DNA of 63,871 nt, the filler included, from Octopus bimaculoides (Eukaryota), in NCBI RefSeq assembly GCF_001194135.2. It is 7 parts of 6 records of this genome, joined end to end, with 100 filler letters (N's around TTAATTAATTAA, not from the genome) between each part and the next. Parts side by side here need not be neighbours in the genome. Positions count along the whole stretch, not along the records: positions 59,352 to 61,959 come from NC_068998.1; positions 62,060 to 63,871 come from NW_026308378.1; 5 more parts are not named here. The stretch is one strand, 5' to 3'. Below, one piece after another: positions 61,881-63,871 of this stretch. The notes below the pieces were generated by a model. It ran no database searches. It saw only the letters and a program-made list of their open reading frames with translations, and was not told the DNA's origin. The position numbers were made by a program, and so were the translations under genes. Each line of letters starts with the position of its first letter. Within the stretch, counting starts at the first letter, position 1.

Positions 61881-63871
61881 TGGAAATGATTGTTTGGCTC
61901 TAAGTTACTATCAAATAAGTTTTTAAATTAGGCTGAGCCAATGAATAAACGATACTAACNNNNNNNNNNNNNNNNNNNNNNNNNNNNNNNNNNNNNNNNN
62001 NNNTTAATTAATTAANNNNNNNNNNNNNNNNNNNNNNNNNNNNNNNNNNNNNNNNNNNNAGTTAAAATATTAGCAAATAAATAAATGTCGTGATCGGGTA
62101 ACAGTCAATTCATGCGTGTTTGGTGCGCGTACCTTTCTCGGAAAACAATTATTTCTCTTTCATTTGACTGGGAAACTTTCCGGCAAATGATGATCTTTGC
62201 TGAGAGTACGACGACACCGACCGCCACCACCATTATCCCAACTACTATCATCACCATAACCACTACACTACCACACTACCATCATGNNNNNNNNNNNNNN
62301 NNNNNNNNNNNNNNNNNNNNNNNNNNNNNNNNNNNNNNNNNNNNNNNNNNNNNNNNNNNNNNNNNNNNNNNNNNNNNNNNNNNNNNNNNNNNNNNNNNNN
62401 NNNNNNNNNNNNNNNNNNNNNNNNNNNNNNNNNNNNNNNNNNNNNNNNNNNNNNNNNNNNNNNNNNNNNNNNNNNNNNNNNNNNNNNNNNNNNNNNNNNN
62501 NNNNNNNNNNNNNNNNNNNNNNNNNNNNNNNNNNNNNNNNNNNNNNNNNNNNNNNNNNNNNNNNNNNNNNNNNNNATCAACAAGTTAAACAAGGTTCTAA
62601 TAAATTATTTTGTGGGGTCTTTTCAGTCATTTTGGATCATATTTATTTTTTCCTTTACATATATTCTTTTAGATTAGAAACATTGTAAATAGGATTGCTT
62701 TTAGGAATACGTCTTCTAAAAACCGTCAATTAAGTGAAACGAGAAATGGTATTTGTACTATGTGAGAGAAGTCCTGCTAAAATTTAAAACCGAAACTGTC
62801 GGCCCCACTGACTAGTTTACCTAGTGCTAATTGCATAAACTAATTGTATTCATCAAATGCATTAGACATAATTTCTGTAAGTTTTTATAGTCTAGTTTAT
62901 AAATTCTACAATATCAGATATTTATCAGTTTTATTTCACTGCCGGTTATTGCCAAATGTTAATGGTCATTTATTTATCTCGTGGAATTTCTTTTCAATGA
63001 ATTTGTTGTTGACTTGTATATGCATTTACCTATTCGTTTCGCTTGGTCAGCATACCCAAGTCTACTTTTGTATTTTCCCACATTGTTTATTTTCATTTCT
63101 AGTCACGCAAACTTATCCGATCCTCGAATTATATACCCCGTCCTCATTGATCATTGCACAACATAAACAGAAAATCTGTGGTATAATCTTGAACGTTATT
63201 ATTTCTTTATCGACATGAAATTGGCGAATACAATACAAAAGTCTTCCCAATTTTAACCTACAAAAATACTAACGGTAAATATTCAAATTATTCAAAAATA
63301 TTCAAAAAAATGTTGCTCGTCAAATCAAAGATCCTAATTCTTTCTACTAGGCTTGAAATTTTAAGGGAGGGAACCAGTCGATTATATCAGCAAGTACTCG
63401 TATTTAATCTCAGAGTTGTCAATGATTTTACAACTGGTTGTTAATTTCCGTAAAACAATTGTATTTGCCCGCACACACTCATTGACTTTCATGTTCATAA
63501 CTTGAATAGCGAAACACTCGCACAATGAATGATAGTGTATATGAAAGATAATGGGTGTGTGTATGTGTGAGTGAATACAAATACATAAAGTTGAACAGGC
63601 TCGCACATACACATACGTACACCCATTACCTTTCATATACACGTACATCAAATAGGCATAACTACGCACGTTCACCCGTTATCTTTCATATACTTACATA
63701 CATTGTGCAAGCGTGTGTTTTGCTATTCAAGTCAATGGAAACAAAAATAAATGGTGGAGATGGAGTATATGTAATCTGGGTATACCCCCACTTTTAAATT
63801 TTTTTTTTTTTTTTTTTACGGAATCCTATGTTTCAGACCATGGAGAATCCGATTCTGGAAAATTTTTTTCC

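Overview
AT-rich, microsatellite-dense, gap-ridden animal genomic DNA. It is most likely an octopus (coleoid cephalopod) draft scaffold; this is inferred from recalled SINE families and the 100-nt gap spacers, not from a search. No intact host protein-coding gene is supported, and nearly all listed ORFs are microsatellite, gap or decayed-transposon artefacts. The window is mostly decayed mobile DNA: a near-complete R4/Dong-type retrotransposon with restriction-like endonuclease (27.9-30.9 kb) plus a divergent second copy, a CRE-like 3' end, CR1-group and RTE LINE fragments, a Ty3/Gypsy gag-protease relic, a mariner-type element with TIRs, a DD37D (maT-like) relic, a Helitron helicase motif, several tRNA-derived SINE families, foldback elements, and Penelope-like elements with GIY-YIG relics. 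The most notable items are (1) a decayed elongator tRNA-Met(CAU) gene with a 21-nt intron at the canonical 37/38 site, unusual for animals as far as I know; (2) minimal hammerhead ribozyme motifs in three Penelope pLTR copies, one with an intact catalytic core and with stem I covariation between copies; and (3) a GC-rich island with two tandem hammerhead-like cores. All family assignments come from manual translation and motif recognition; no database searches were run.
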